The notes under the pieces were generated by a model. That model had not been told where the DNA came from. It worked only from the letters and a program-made list of their open reading frames with translations, and did no database searches. A stretch of DNA of 64,000 nucleotides, from positions 2,557 through 66,556 of IMG/VR virus record IMGVR_UViG_3300019877_000058. One strand, given 5' to 3'. Below, piece by piece: positions 23,799 through 32,224 of this stretch (positions are counted from its first letter, which is position 1; every line of letters begins with the position of its first letter). The position numbers were made by a program, and so were the translations under genes. The DNA comes from a virus.

Positions 23799-24597
23799 AC
23801 GACGGCGATGCGGCCTTGCGCGCGAATGCGCTGTCGGGGCCGGATCCGCCTTTCTCTGCTTTTTCCGCTTCCGCCTTGGCGGCGAGCTCCTGCTGCAGGG
23901 CGAAATCAGCCCGCGACATCCGCAGGCCGCTGGTGATCGGCGCGTCGCCAGCGCCTGATGTCGCTTTTTCCGCCTGCTTTGGAGGCTCAGGCTCAGCTGC
24001 GGCGGTCTTGCCGATGCCGGCCTTGAGCTGCTTGGTCTGCACCTCGTGATAGCCGCGCATGAACTCGCGGTGCTGCTCGGTCGCCATGTCGTAACCAGGC
24101 TTGGCGGCCAGGTGCTGCATCGCTGCGTTCTGACCCTCCTTGTAAGCGCGATCGACCGCGGGGACGCGGGACGGCTCCTGGAACATGTCGAGCTGTTCGC
24201 CGAGGTCCGCGTCGAGGAACTGTGCGATCTGCAGCTGGCGAACCATCTTGGCCTTGGTCTTGGCTTCCTTTTCCGCGGTCTCGAGCGCGAGCCCCATATC
24301 AAAATCAGCCTTCTCGAACCCGTCGGCCTTGGCTGTCTTGTACAGCAGGCGCAGATCCGAAACTGCCGAAGCGACCCTGTCCCTCTGCTCTTTGATCTTG
24401 GGGAGGTGGTGCTTGAAGAGGTCCTTTTCTTCCGAGTTTGTCAGCTGCACGCGGACCGGCGCCGGCTCCTTGGGGGCCTTCTCGGCCTTCGGGGGCTTGG
24501 CGGCCTTAGGCGGCCTCGGCGCCTTCGCGGCCTTTGGCTTCGCGGGGCCGGCCGTCTTCCGGTTGTTCTTGTCGGCTGATTTCGGCTTTTTGGCCAT
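23797..24597 (-). CDS. GapR/DUF2312-like nucleoid protein with histone-H1-like N-terminus and RMF-like segment
   Basis: KPKAAKAPRPPKAAKPPK arm; SDLRLLYKTAKADGFEK GapR-like core; AYKEG...PGY...FMRGYHE. Confidence 0.65.
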   Translation of the reverse strand: MAKKPKSADKNNRKTAGPAKPKAAKAPRPPKAAKPPKAEKAPKEPAPVRVQLTNSEEKDLFKHHLPKIKEQRDRVASAVSDLRLLYKTAKADGFEKADFDMGLALETAEKEAKTKAKMVRQLQIAQFLDADLGEQLDMFQEPSRVPAVDRAYKEGQNAAMQHLAAKPGYDMATEQHREFMRGYHEVQTKQLKAGIGKTAAAEPEPPKQAEKATSGAGDAPITSGLRMSRADFALQQELAAKAEAEKAEKGGSGPDSAFARKAASPS

Positions 24598-24710
24598 GAG
24601 GCGCTCCTGGTTGATGATGATGGTGTTGGGAGGGGTGACCCATCACGATACCCCTCCCAACTAGACGCCGCGCCCGGGCTTCGGGGGCTGGGTGAGGATG
24701 GACCCGGCGT

Positions 24711-24980
24711 CTATTCGTACAGATGCGGGGCTAGCACCTTTCGCGGAATTCCAAAGGCCTTTTCGGCCTGAACCACATATTTGTCAGGGAACCGGCCGCG
24801 CCAATTGGCGTGGATGGCCTGGCGCGATGTCCCCAAGGCTTTTGCGATCTGGGGGATTCCGCCAGCCTTTTTAACGCAATAGGCAAACCAGACCTCAGGC
24901 GGGAGACCAGGGTTAGGCTTGCCCTTCTCGTTGAAAAGCTGGCTATCCCAGTCAATCTTCACAACTTTTGGTGCGCTCAT
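24711..24980 (-). CDS. Cro/YdaS-like HTH regulator
   Basis: AGGIPQIAKALGTSRQAIHANW...P.KYV...EKAFGIPRKVLAPHLY; GGAAGGA SD before ATG 24980. Confidence 0.85.
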   Translation of the reverse strand: MSAPKVVKIDWDSQLFNEKGKPNPGLPPEVWFAYCVKKAGGIPQIAKALGTSRQAIHANWRGRFPDKYVVQAEKAFGIPRKVLAPHLYE

Positions 24981-25023
24981 TCGAATGTCCTTCCGGTCGA
25001 TCTTATCTCTCTTTTGACCATTC

Positions 25024-25065
25024 TTGTCAATGTCCATTGACAACGCGCTCCGGTTTCCATATCTA
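25024..25065. promoter_or_regulatory. Divergent promoter/operator: TTGTCAATG-TC-CATTGACAA, with TTGACA-N17-TATCTA on the plus strand
   Basis: Perfect 9-bp inverted repeat at 25024-25043; -10-like hexamer at 25060-65. Confidence 0.75.
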
Positions 25066-25108
25066 CAGGCACAGAGCCATTCCGGCTCGCCGCCAAAGGA
25101 ACGCCATC

Positions 25109-25417
25109 ATGGCCAACCGCAAGAACCAGACCAACGTTTCCGCCACCATCGATACTTTCGGGTACCTGTGCGCCCAGATCGCTGAGCTCGAGTCGCAAAG
25201 GAAGGCCGTCCGCGCCTGCCTGATCGAAGCCTGCGGCGAGGGTGCTTACGAGGGCGACCTCTATCGCATCACGATCTCGACCGCCGACCGCGAAACGCTC
25301 GATATGAAGGCGGTGCGCGCCAAGCTGTCCCGCCAGTTCATCGCCGCCAACACCACCGTGACCGAGGTCACCACGGTGAAGGCGACCGCCCGCAACGCGA
25401 TCAACGTGGCGGCCTGA
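25109..25417 (+). CDS. Hypothetical early protein
   Basis: 102 aa, AAAGGA SD; first gene after the rightward promoter. Confidence 0.75.
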   Translation: MANRKNQTNVSATIDTFGYLCAQIAELESQRKAVRACLIEACGEGAYEGDLYRITISTADRETLDMKAVRAKLSRQFIAANTTVTEVTTVKATARNAINVAA

Positions 25418-25418
25418 C

Positions 25419-25697
25419 ATGAAGCGCCCTCAAAAGGAAGTGCTGTTCATCAGCGACAAAATCCCGCGCCCGCGCCTGGAAAGCCGGGAATATCTGGCGA
25501 CGTTGATTCGTCGCCAGCGCGCCAACGATCAATTCCTGGTCTGGCGCGAGAACGGCGAGATCCGCGTGCGGGTGATTTCCTGGCCGAAGGTCGTTCTCGC
25601 TATCCGCAACGCGAGCGTGGCGCACGCTGAGGACTATTTCGATCATGTTGCGACGCTCGAGCGCCAGGGCCTGAAGCAGAACGGGGAGCCGTCATGA
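25419..25697 (+). CDS. Hypothetical protein
   Basis: 92 aa; coupled. Confidence 0.6.
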   Translation: MKRPQKEVLFISDKIPRPRLESREYLATLIRRQRANDQFLVWRENGEIRVRVISWPKVVLAIRNASVAHAEDYFDHVATLERQGLKQNGEPS

Positions 25698-25888
25698 GCC
25701 AGTTCTGGAAAATCGAGGAGGCCGTCGGCGGCGGCCTCTACATCGAACTCGACGGGATTTTCGAGACCGAAGAGGCCTGTAAGGCCGCGATCGCCCGGCA
25801 CAAGCACAACGAGGATATGCGTGCGGTGCAATATCAAACCGGCGGCTGGAGCGGTGGCCCCGTCCGCGTGGTGGGGTACTACCGATGA
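25694..25888 (+). CDS. Hypothetical protein
   Basis: 64 aa; ATGA overlaps; GGGGAG SD. Confidence 0.65.
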   Translation: MSQFWKIEEAVGGGLYIELDGIFETEEACKAAIARHKHNEDMRAVQYQTGGWSGGPVRVVGYYR

Positions 25889-26187
25889 AACGCTTTATCC
25901 TGGTCAAGACCGCGCTCGATCACCGGTTCCCTCCGGACGTCTTTGACGTTCCCTGGCGAGCGACGTGGGCCGACCGCGGCGGCACCGTCACGATCGATAT
26001 CTTCTTCTACGCCGCTGACATCACCGCGGCCAAACAGCACGTCCGGGACAGGTACCCGGGCGCGACCTTCTCTGACGAGAAACGGGATTCAGCACTAATC
26101 CTTGCCGACATCCTCCGTACGGCAGCCTCAATCACTGCCGCGACCCTGTTTTTAACAGCAATCGCAGTATGGTGGATAATCACATGA
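25885..26187 (+). CDS. Hypothetical protein with C-terminal TM helix
   Basis: ASITAATLFLTAIAVWWII. Confidence 0.6.
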   Translation: MKRFILVKTALDHRFPPDVFDVPWRATWADRGGTVTIDIFFYAADITAAKQHVRDRYPGATFSDEKRDSALILADILRTAASITAATLFLTAIAVWWIIT

Positions 26188-26528
26188 AGAAAAGTGACGG
26201 AATTCAAGGCTTTGCGATCTGGCACCCTGAGCACGGGTTCCAGCAACCGCGCCACTACGAGGGCCGACTGGCCTGCGTGCGGATCGAGGACTTTTTCGAG
26301 GAGGTGAAAGACCTCAACGTCAACGCCGGTCAGACCCCCCGCACCGGCTGGCGGGTGGTGCCGATCACCATCACCCGGGACGCCGCGGCCGAGGAGGACC
26401 GCGCCGCGGTGCTGGAACAGGCCAACAGCTGCCTCAACCACCTCACCCAGATCGACGTCATGCTGGCGCTGATGGTGGGGGCGATGGGAGACGAGAAACC
26501 GGAGGAACCGGAGGGACCGCTGCTATGA
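26184..26528 (+). CDS. Hypothetical protein
   Basis: 114 aa from ATG 26184 (ATGA overlap). Confidence 0.6.
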   Translation: MKKSDGIQGFAIWHPEHGFQQPRHYEGRLACVRIEDFFEEVKDLNVNAGQTPRTGWRVVPITITRDAAAEEDRAAVLEQANSCLNHLTQIDVMLALMVGAMGDEKPEEPEGPLL

Positions 26529-26731
26529 AAATGCATCCAAAGGTGACCCCCAAACGCATCCGCGAGGCAGTTTTCCTCGCCAACATCAGCCTGGAGAACC
26601 CTGGGTTCTGCATGGCCTGCGGCGCCGAGGCCGGCGGCGTGGAGCCGGACGCGCGTGGGTACGAATGTGAGGCCTGCGGGGAACCGCAGGTCTATGGCGC
26701 CGAGGAACTCCTAATGGAACTGTCGTTATGA
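26525..26731 (+). CDS. Cys4 zinc-ribbon protein
   Basis: GFCMACG...VEPDA..YECEACGEPQVYGAEELL. Confidence 0.8.
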   Translation: MKMHPKVTPKRIREAVFLANISLENPGFCMACGAEAGGVEPDARGYECEACGEPQVYGAEELLMELSL

Positions 26732-26904
26732 CCAAGGAGATCGGCCCCCGCGAGAAGGCCGCGCGGGAGGTGCGCGAAGCGCTCTATGAGGCGAACCAGG
26801 CGCGCATGCGGGCCCTGACGAAGGCCGAGAAGCTCCTCGCCTTGGACAAGGCCGTCGGGATCGCTTCCCTCAAGCGCGGCAAGCTCCGGAAGGCGAAAAA
26901 ATGA
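26728..26904 (+). CDS. Small basic hypothetical protein
   Basis: 58 aa MTKEIGPREKAAREVRE...KLRKAKK; ATGA overlaps on both sides; below ORF-track cutoff. Confidence 0.55.
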   Translation: MTKEIGPREKAAREVREALYEANQARMRALTKAEKLLALDKAVGIASLKRGKLRKAKK

Positions 26905-27302
26905 CGGGCGGTAAGCACATCACGCAAGTCCAGACCATCGCCATCGCCAAGCGCCTGGAGGACGTCATCAAGCGCCTTGATGCGAAGCACTGCGAATATA
27001 TCGGCGATCACACGGACCACTCGATCGCTAATGAATTTCAGGTCAGCCATCATGCCGTGCGCGGGCTGCGGACCAATGTCTTTGGCTTGCTCTTCACTCG
27101 CAATAGAGCCGAGGCGCCGGCGTTCCTTTACGAGACGCAGAAAGCCATCGAAGTGCTGCAGTCGGAAGTTGCTGGCTTGAGAACCATCCACAATGCCCGG
27201 ATCAAGGATCTGATCAGCCAGATCGAGGACCTGAGAGACCGTATTGGGTCATTGGAGATCGATGGCAACGCCCAGAGCCAACTGAAACTGAGGGCAAAAT
27301 GA
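26901..27302 (+). CDS. HTH-like plus coiled-coil hypothetical protein
   Basis: TDHSIANEFQVSHHAVRGLR...FG; C-terminal heptads. Confidence 0.65.
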   Translation: MTGGKHITQVQTIAIAKRLEDVIKRLDAKHCEYIGDHTDHSIANEFQVSHHAVRGLRTNVFGLLFTRNRAEAPAFLYETQKAIEVLQSEVAGLRTIHNARIKDLISQIEDLRDRIGSLEIDGNAQSQLKLRAK

Positions 27303-27832
27303 AGCGCCCTCGCCCCTACATCCCGATCGCGGTCCGGCTCAAGGCCGCGATCCGGCTCTACACCGCGCGGGGCGGGGACTTCACGAATTTCCGCATCCGC
27401 ATGCGCCGGGAACACGGCAATGTCGGCAAACGAGCGGCGCTCACCTTCTTGCTGAAGGCCATGTTCCCTGATCAGGTTCCCCAGCTCGACCACGACCCCG
27501 CGTTGATCCTGCGCGCGTTCGACAAGGCGACCGGCAAATATGCCCCGGACGCCTGTGATCCCGATTACCTGATCTGGCGCGAGAAGGCCGAGCACCAGGA
27601 GAAGACCTCCGGGCGCCGGCCGGGCGCCTCCCACACCATCACCACCAAGGGTTCCGACATCGGCCTAAAGACCAAGTTTGCCAGATTGGAAGGGGAACCG
27701 AAGCTCAAGACCAATATTCCATCCCGACGGTTCCAGCGCCGTTCCACGGCCGCCAGCATTGCCGCCTCAAAAAAGGGCTGGCGCACCCGCAAGTGGTTGG
27801 AAGCTCATCGTGAAACAAAACCGAAGGATTGA
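27299..27832 (+). CDS. HNH-like protein
   Basis: R.YIP..VRLK...QLDHDPAL.LR...P.YL.W....H..KT...SD; basic tail. Confidence 0.6.
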   Translation: MKRPRPYIPIAVRLKAAIRLYTARGGDFTNFRIRMRREHGNVGKRAALTFLLKAMFPDQVPQLDHDPALILRAFDKATGKYAPDACDPDYLIWREKAEHQEKTSGRRPGASHTITTKGSDIGLKTKFARLEGEPKLKTNIPSRRFQRRSTAASIAASKKGWRTRKWLEAHRETKPKD

Positions 27833-27836
27833 TTCT

Positions 27837-28703
27837 ATGGACAAATCCGTAATTTCGAACAACGAGGTTCCCGATTATGCCGCCGAGGTGATGGCGAGAC
27901 TGCGGAAGGACTACGCGCTCATCCTTGAGAACACATCGAACATACTGGCGCGCCTGCGCGCGTTGCCGAATCCGATCGAGGATGAGGCCACTTTAAGCGA
28001 TTATTCTAAAGTGATTGTTGAGGCGCGCGACTTACGCAAGCGGCTCGCCGCCTACCACGACGCCGAGAAGGCGCCGTTCCTGCGCGGCGGACAGGGCTGC
28101 GATCAGTTCTTCTTCGGGGAGATCGGCAAGCTTGGGCGCCGCGGCGACCGGGAACCGGCGGGTGGGATCGATATCGCCGACGCCAGGGTCGACGATTACA
28201 TGCAGCGCAAGCTGGCGGCCGAGCGGGAGGCGCGGGAGGCCCTCGCCGCCATAGAGCGCCGCAAGGCCGAGGAAATCCGCCAACGCGAGGAGAAGGCCCG
28301 CCAGGCCGCCCTGGAGGCATCCCAGAGGGCGGCGCGCGCCCGCAACGCCGAGACCATCGCCGCGCACCGGGCGGAGGCCGACCGTCAGGCTATCATCGCG
28401 GCAGAAGAGCGTGCCCGCCAGCTCGTGGCCGATCAGGAGGCCGAGGATGCCCGGATCGACACCCTGGCGCCGGCGGCCGACATGACCCGCACCCGGCTGG
28501 AGAGCGGCGCGCTGGCCACCATGAACACGACCCCGTTCGTCCAGATCACCGATGTGACCCTGCTCAACAAAGAGCGGCTGTGGCCGCACCTGAAGGAGGA
28601 GCACATCCTGATGGCTCTTAAATCCTGGGCCAAGACCACCTCGCACAAAACGCCGATGACCGGCGCTGTGATCGAGTTGCGCAACAAGGGAGGAATTAGG
28701 TGA
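27837..28703 (+). CDS. Coiled-coil phage protein (Gam/Gp157-like, tentative)
   Basis: H..EKAPFLRGG...D.FF; long EAR-rich helix; C-terminal beta module; 288 aa. Confidence 0.75.
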   Translation: MDKSVISNNEVPDYAAEVMARLRKDYALILENTSNILARLRALPNPIEDEATLSDYSKVIVEARDLRKRLAAYHDAEKAPFLRGGQGCDQFFFGEIGKLGRRGDREPAGGIDIADARVDDYMQRKLAAEREAREALAAIERRKAEEIRQREEKARQAALEASQRAARARNAETIAAHRAEADRQAIIAAEERARQLVADQEAEDARIDTLAPAADMTRTRLESGALATMNTTPFVQITDVTLLNKERLWPHLKEEHILMALKSWAKTTSHKTPMTGAVIELRNKGGIR

Positions 28704-29014
28704 CCGCAAGGAAACAGGTTTTCGTCCTCATTAACCGGTACGGCAATCCCGTCATCGTCTTCGCCAGCCCGATCGACGCGCTGGACCACTGCGCCAAGAT
28801 CGCAATGAAGCCGAGGGTAAAAGGTAAGCGTCGGCCGGTGTATCAGGTGCAGGCATTCGACGTCAGGCCGGTCAACGCTGAGCACCATAAGGAACTCGTT
28901 AAGATGAGCGACCGGCTCCGCCACGCCACCCGCCGCACCGCGGTCGTCAAGCTTCCGGATCGACGATCTGGCGCGAAGGTGATCCGCAAGGCCCGGAAAG
29001 GGGCCAAGCGATGA
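28700..29014 (+). CDS. Basic hypothetical protein
   Basis: GTGA overlap; GGAGG SD. Confidence 0.6.
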   Translation: MTARKQVFVLINRYGNPVIVFASPIDALDHCAKIAMKPRVKGKRRPVYQVQAFDVRPVNAEHHKELVKMSDRLRHATRRTAVVKLPDRRSGAKVIRKARKGAKR

Positions 29015-29259
29015 ATACGGCCGCCCCTAAAACCCCAGCCGAAGCTTTCGTGCGATCGATCTCAGAGCAGGTCTACCGCATCACGTTGTCGCAAAGTGCC
29101 GGCGGCCACGACAAGGCCTGGCGCCTGGCGACCTACGACCGGATGGTCGAAAAGGACGGCGACGGCGGCAAGCGCCAGAGCGGCCGCGCCGCCGCCTACG
29201 ACAAGCTCACCCGGACCTATCTCGAGGTTCTCGGGATCCCCATACCCGAGGGAGAGTGA
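29011..29259 (+). CDS. Hypothetical protein
   Basis: 82 aa; coupled. Confidence 0.6.
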   Translation: MNTAAPKTPAEAFVRSISEQVYRITLSQSAGGHDKAWRLATYDRMVEKDGDGGKRQSGRAAAYDKLTRTYLEVLGIPIPEGE

Positions 29260-29260
29260 C

Positions 29261-29452
29261 ATGAAGGTTTTCGTGCTGATGGGAAATGACTTTCCGGACC
29301 GCGTCTTCGCCAACGAGACCGAGGCCAACGAGGTCTGCCAAACCCTGATGGATGCGCGAGGCAACCAGGGAGATCACGGTTTCCGGCGAATCTATTGGCG
29401 GGTCTACCCATTCGAGCTGCAGGGCGCCCTCGAATCCCATATGGAGGAATAG
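29261..29452 (+). CDS. Hypothetical protein
   Basis: 63 aa from ATG 29261 with GGAG SD. Confidence 0.6.
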   Translation: MKVFVLMGNDFPDRVFANETEANEVCQTLMDARGNQGDHGFRRIYWRVYPFELQGALESHMEE

Positions 29453-29455
29453 GCC

Positions 29456-29791
29456 ATGATCACGGACAATGAGGTGAGATCGCTTTCGCTGGGGCTGATA
29501 TTGATCGTTGTCGGCCTGCTCTATCTGTTCGGAATCATCCCGGCTGCCGCGCAGGGGTATGGCGGCGGTTTCGGCGTCTATGGGCCCTACGGCCGCCCTG
29601 ACCGCGGGCCCGAAGCCTACGATCTGCCGTGCAACGCCCGCTACAATCCGGAGTGCGGCAGGTTCAGCTGGGAAGGCCCGCGCGCGCGGCAATGGCGCTA
29701 CGAGCAGCATCCGATGATGCCCGATGCACCGCGGGGGCGCCGAGGTGACCCGTACGAAGGACCGATCGAGCCTTGGTACTGGAGTCGGTGA
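29456..29791 (+). CDS. Exported or membrane protein, Gly/Tyr/Pro/Arg-rich
   Basis: Hydrophobic LSLGLILIVVGLLYLFGIIPAAA then QGYGGGFG; one Cys pair. Confidence 0.65.
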   Translation: MITDNEVRSLSLGLILIVVGLLYLFGIIPAAAQGYGGGFGVYGPYGRPDRGPEAYDLPCNARYNPECGRFSWEGPRARQWRYEQHPMMPDAPRGRRGDPYEGPIEPWYWSR

Positions 29792-30084
29792 TGATCCCGT
29801 TCGACGAGATCGTTACCGTCCAGGTCTGCCTGCGCTGCGGCAGGGGATTTCCGCCGTGGTCGGTATTGTCAACGCGCGTTGACACGCTACCTGTCTGGTG
29901 GACCACGACCGAGACCTCGCCGGTTTGCGGCGGTCAGATCCTTTCGGTCTCGCGCCACGATCAGATCCACCGGGTTGAGGTCGAAGAATTCCTTGAGGGC
30001 GAGCAGTGGACGCCCGAAGAGATCAAATCCATGACGGAGGCTCAAGATGCCCAAAAAGCCAAACCTGCAGCAACAGGCGAATGA
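29791..30084 (+). CDS. Cys-containing hypothetical protein
   Basis: CLRCG...PVCGG; TGATG overlap. Confidence 0.55.
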   Translation: MIPFDEIVTVQVCLRCGRGFPPWSVLSTRVDTLPVWWTTTETSPVCGGQILSVSRHDQIHRVEVEEFLEGEQWTPEEIKSMTEAQDAQKAKPAATGE

Positions 30085-30898
30085 CGAGCCGTCTAATAAC
30101 GTCTCCAACAACAACAAGCTCCCCGGCTTTCAAGGGGAACAGGGGCGCCCCAACGCCGTGGCATTGGCGCAGGCCTATTCGCCGCCGGAGCTGCTGAACC
30201 TCGCGATCATCAAGAAATCCGACATCGCAGTGATCGAGCGGCTGGCGACATTGGCTGAGCGCTGGCAGGAGGCGCAGGACCGGCGCATGGCCCTCCGGGC
30301 ATTCAACAACGCCGTGGCCGACGCCAAGGCCAATATCCCGATCGTCAAGAAGACGAGCCGTGTGAAATTCGAGGCGAAGACCGCCGGCGGCAAAGATACC
30401 GACTACATGTACGAGGACTTTGCCGCGGTGGCCGAGACGGTCGCGCCGCATCTCGGCGCCGTCGGGCTGTCCTATCGCTACAAGTTGGAGCAGCCGACCG
30501 TCGATAGCGTCACCGTCACCTGCGTCCTGAGCCATCGCGATGGCCACATGGAGGAGACGCCGCTGACCTGCAAGGTCGATCCGTCGGGCAACAAGAACCA
30601 CATCCAGGCGATCTCCAGCGCCGTCACCTACCTGGAGCGAATCACCCTGAAGGCCGCGATCGGCATCGCCGCCGGCAAGGATGATGATGGCCGCGCTTCC
30701 GGCAGGCCGATGGACGAGCCCCCGTTCGACGCCGTCAGCGAGGACGAGATCGAGCAGCTCAAGGCCAAGTGCGACGCGGTCGGGTGCTCATACGCCAGAT
30801 TTCTCAAATGGGTTCCGACCGATTCGTTCGAGGAGATCCCGGCGGATTATTTTCAGGCATGCCTCGACGGCCTCGGCACGTTCAAGAGGCCAGCATGA
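30047..30898 (+). CDS. erf: ERF-family ssDNA annealing protein
   Basis: AF..A.A....I.K...Y.YEDF...L...GLSY...V..VL.HRDGH.EE...QAISSAVTYLERITL.AAIGIA...DDDG. Confidence 0.9.
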   Translation: MPKKPNLQQQANDEPSNNVSNNNKLPGFQGEQGRPNAVALAQAYSPPELLNLAIIKKSDIAVIERLATLAERWQEAQDRRMALRAFNNAVADAKANIPIVKKTSRVKFEAKTAGGKDTDYMYEDFAAVAETVAPHLGAVGLSYRYKLEQPTVDSVTVTCVLSHRDGHMEETPLTCKVDPSGNKNHIQAISSAVTYLERITLKAAIGIAAGKDDDGRASGRPMDEPPFDAVSEDEIEQLKAKCDAVGCSYARFLKWVPTDSFEEIPADYFQACLDGLGTFKRPA

Positions 30899-31512
30899 TG
30901 GAAATCTACGACGTCGAGCAAGGCTCCCCCGAGTGGCTCCAGCTGCGCATGGGCATCCCCACAGCATCGAAGTTTAAGGTGCTGATCGCCAAGAGCGAGG
31001 AGAAAAAGGGTCGCACCGACTATCTCTACAAGCTGGCCGGCGAGCAGCTCAGCGGCGAGCCGATGGAGAAATTCAGCAACGACGCGATGGAGGACGGCAA
31101 GGCCAAGGAGCCGATCCTGCGCGATCAATATGCTTTCTATCGCCCTTGCGAGCCTGAGCTCGTCGGCTTCATTCGTAACGGCAAGTGCGGCTGCTCACCG
31201 GACGCCCTGATCGGGGACCATGGCATGCTCGAGATCAAGCGCGCCGCGCCGCACGTCCTGATCCCGTTGCGACGAAGGGCGCGGTCCGACCCGACCTACT
31301 TTCCGCCGGAGCATCTCGCCCAATGCCAGGGAGGTCTGATGGTCACGGGGCGCACTTGGTGCGACCTGCTGATCGGGTATCCGAAGATGAAGCCTCCGGT
31401 GATTATCCGTACCTGGCGTGACGAGACCTACATTCAACAGCTCCGCGACGCGGTCGATCTGTTCGAACTCGAACTGCGGCGGTTGGTCGAGGCGGAGCGG
31501 AAGGAGGCGTGA
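30895..31512 (+). CDS. YqaJ/lambda-exonuclease family nuclease
   Basis: EQGSPEWLQLRMGIPTAS...G...EP...GCSPDALI...LEIK...QCQG. Confidence 0.92.
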   Translation: MMEIYDVEQGSPEWLQLRMGIPTASKFKVLIAKSEEKKGRTDYLYKLAGEQLSGEPMEKFSNDAMEDGKAKEPILRDQYAFYRPCEPELVGFIRNGKCGCSPDALIGDHGMLEIKRAAPHVLIPLRRRARSDPTYFPPEHLAQCQGGLMVTGRTWCDLLIGYPKMKPPVIIRTWRDETYIQQLRDAVDLFELELRRLVEAERKEA

Positions 31513-31515
31513 GAG

Positions 31516-31701
31516 ATGGACATCTGCAATAAATACTGGGTCGCTTATAACGTTGGCGACGGCAGCATTACGATCATGAGCCCTCCCCGCGGAAAGGTCT
31601 CGAAAGCTGACGCGCTGCTGCTCGCTGCGTGGCTGGCGGCGATAGCCGACCCGCTCGATGAGCACTTCCACAAGATCCTGGACGCGGTCAAGAATTCATG
31701 A
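31516..31701 (+). CDS. Hypothetical protein
   Basis: 61 aa; ...DALLLAAWL. Confidence 0.6.
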   Translation: MDICNKYWVAYNVGDGSITIMSPPRGKVSKADALLLAAWLAAIADPLDEHFHKILDAVKNS

Positions 31702-32213
31702 AGCTGGAGCCGGTGGCGTTTGTCTGGGATGGTGCGGTGATGGTGCCGCTCGATCGCTTTCGGCCGCTCGCCCGGCGTCAATATCACCCGGGCCAGGAAT
31801 ACGCCTTGGTCCAGCACCTCGAGCGCTCCGACATCAGCCACAAGCACTACTTTGCTTGCGTCAAGAAGGGTTGGGAGAACCTGCCGGAGCGGATGACCGA
31901 GCGGTTTCCGACCTCGGAATATCTGCGCAAACGCTGCCTGGTCTGGGAGGGTTATGCCGATCACACCGAGATCCCGTGCGTGAGCGAAGAGGCTATGGCC
32001 AAAATGATCACCGCGATCAGGAAGGCGGATCCGTACGCCGTGATGAAGGCAGAGGGGCTCATCCTGCATATCTGGAATGCGCAGTCGCAGGATCACGTCA
32101 GCATGGGCCACGAGCTATTCCAGAAATCCAAGGATGACGTGCTCGGCCGGATCGCGCAGATGTGCGGCATCACCATGAAAGAACTCACCGTCAACGCCAA
32201 AACCAACGCCTGA
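31698..32213 (+). CDS. NinB/DUF1367-like recombination accessory protein (tentative)
   Basis: RS..SHKHYFA...W.NLPE....P..E.LRK..L...GY; position in the recombination module. Confidence 0.55.
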   Translation: MKLEPVAFVWDGAVMVPLDRFRPLARRQYHPGQEYALVQHLERSDISHKHYFACVKKGWENLPERMTERFPTSEYLRKRCLVWEGYADHTEIPCVSEEAMAKMITAIRKADPYAVMKAEGLILHIWNAQSQDHVSMGHELFQKSKDDVLGRIAQMCGITMKELTVNAKTNA

Positions 32214-32224
32214 AAGGAAGCCAT

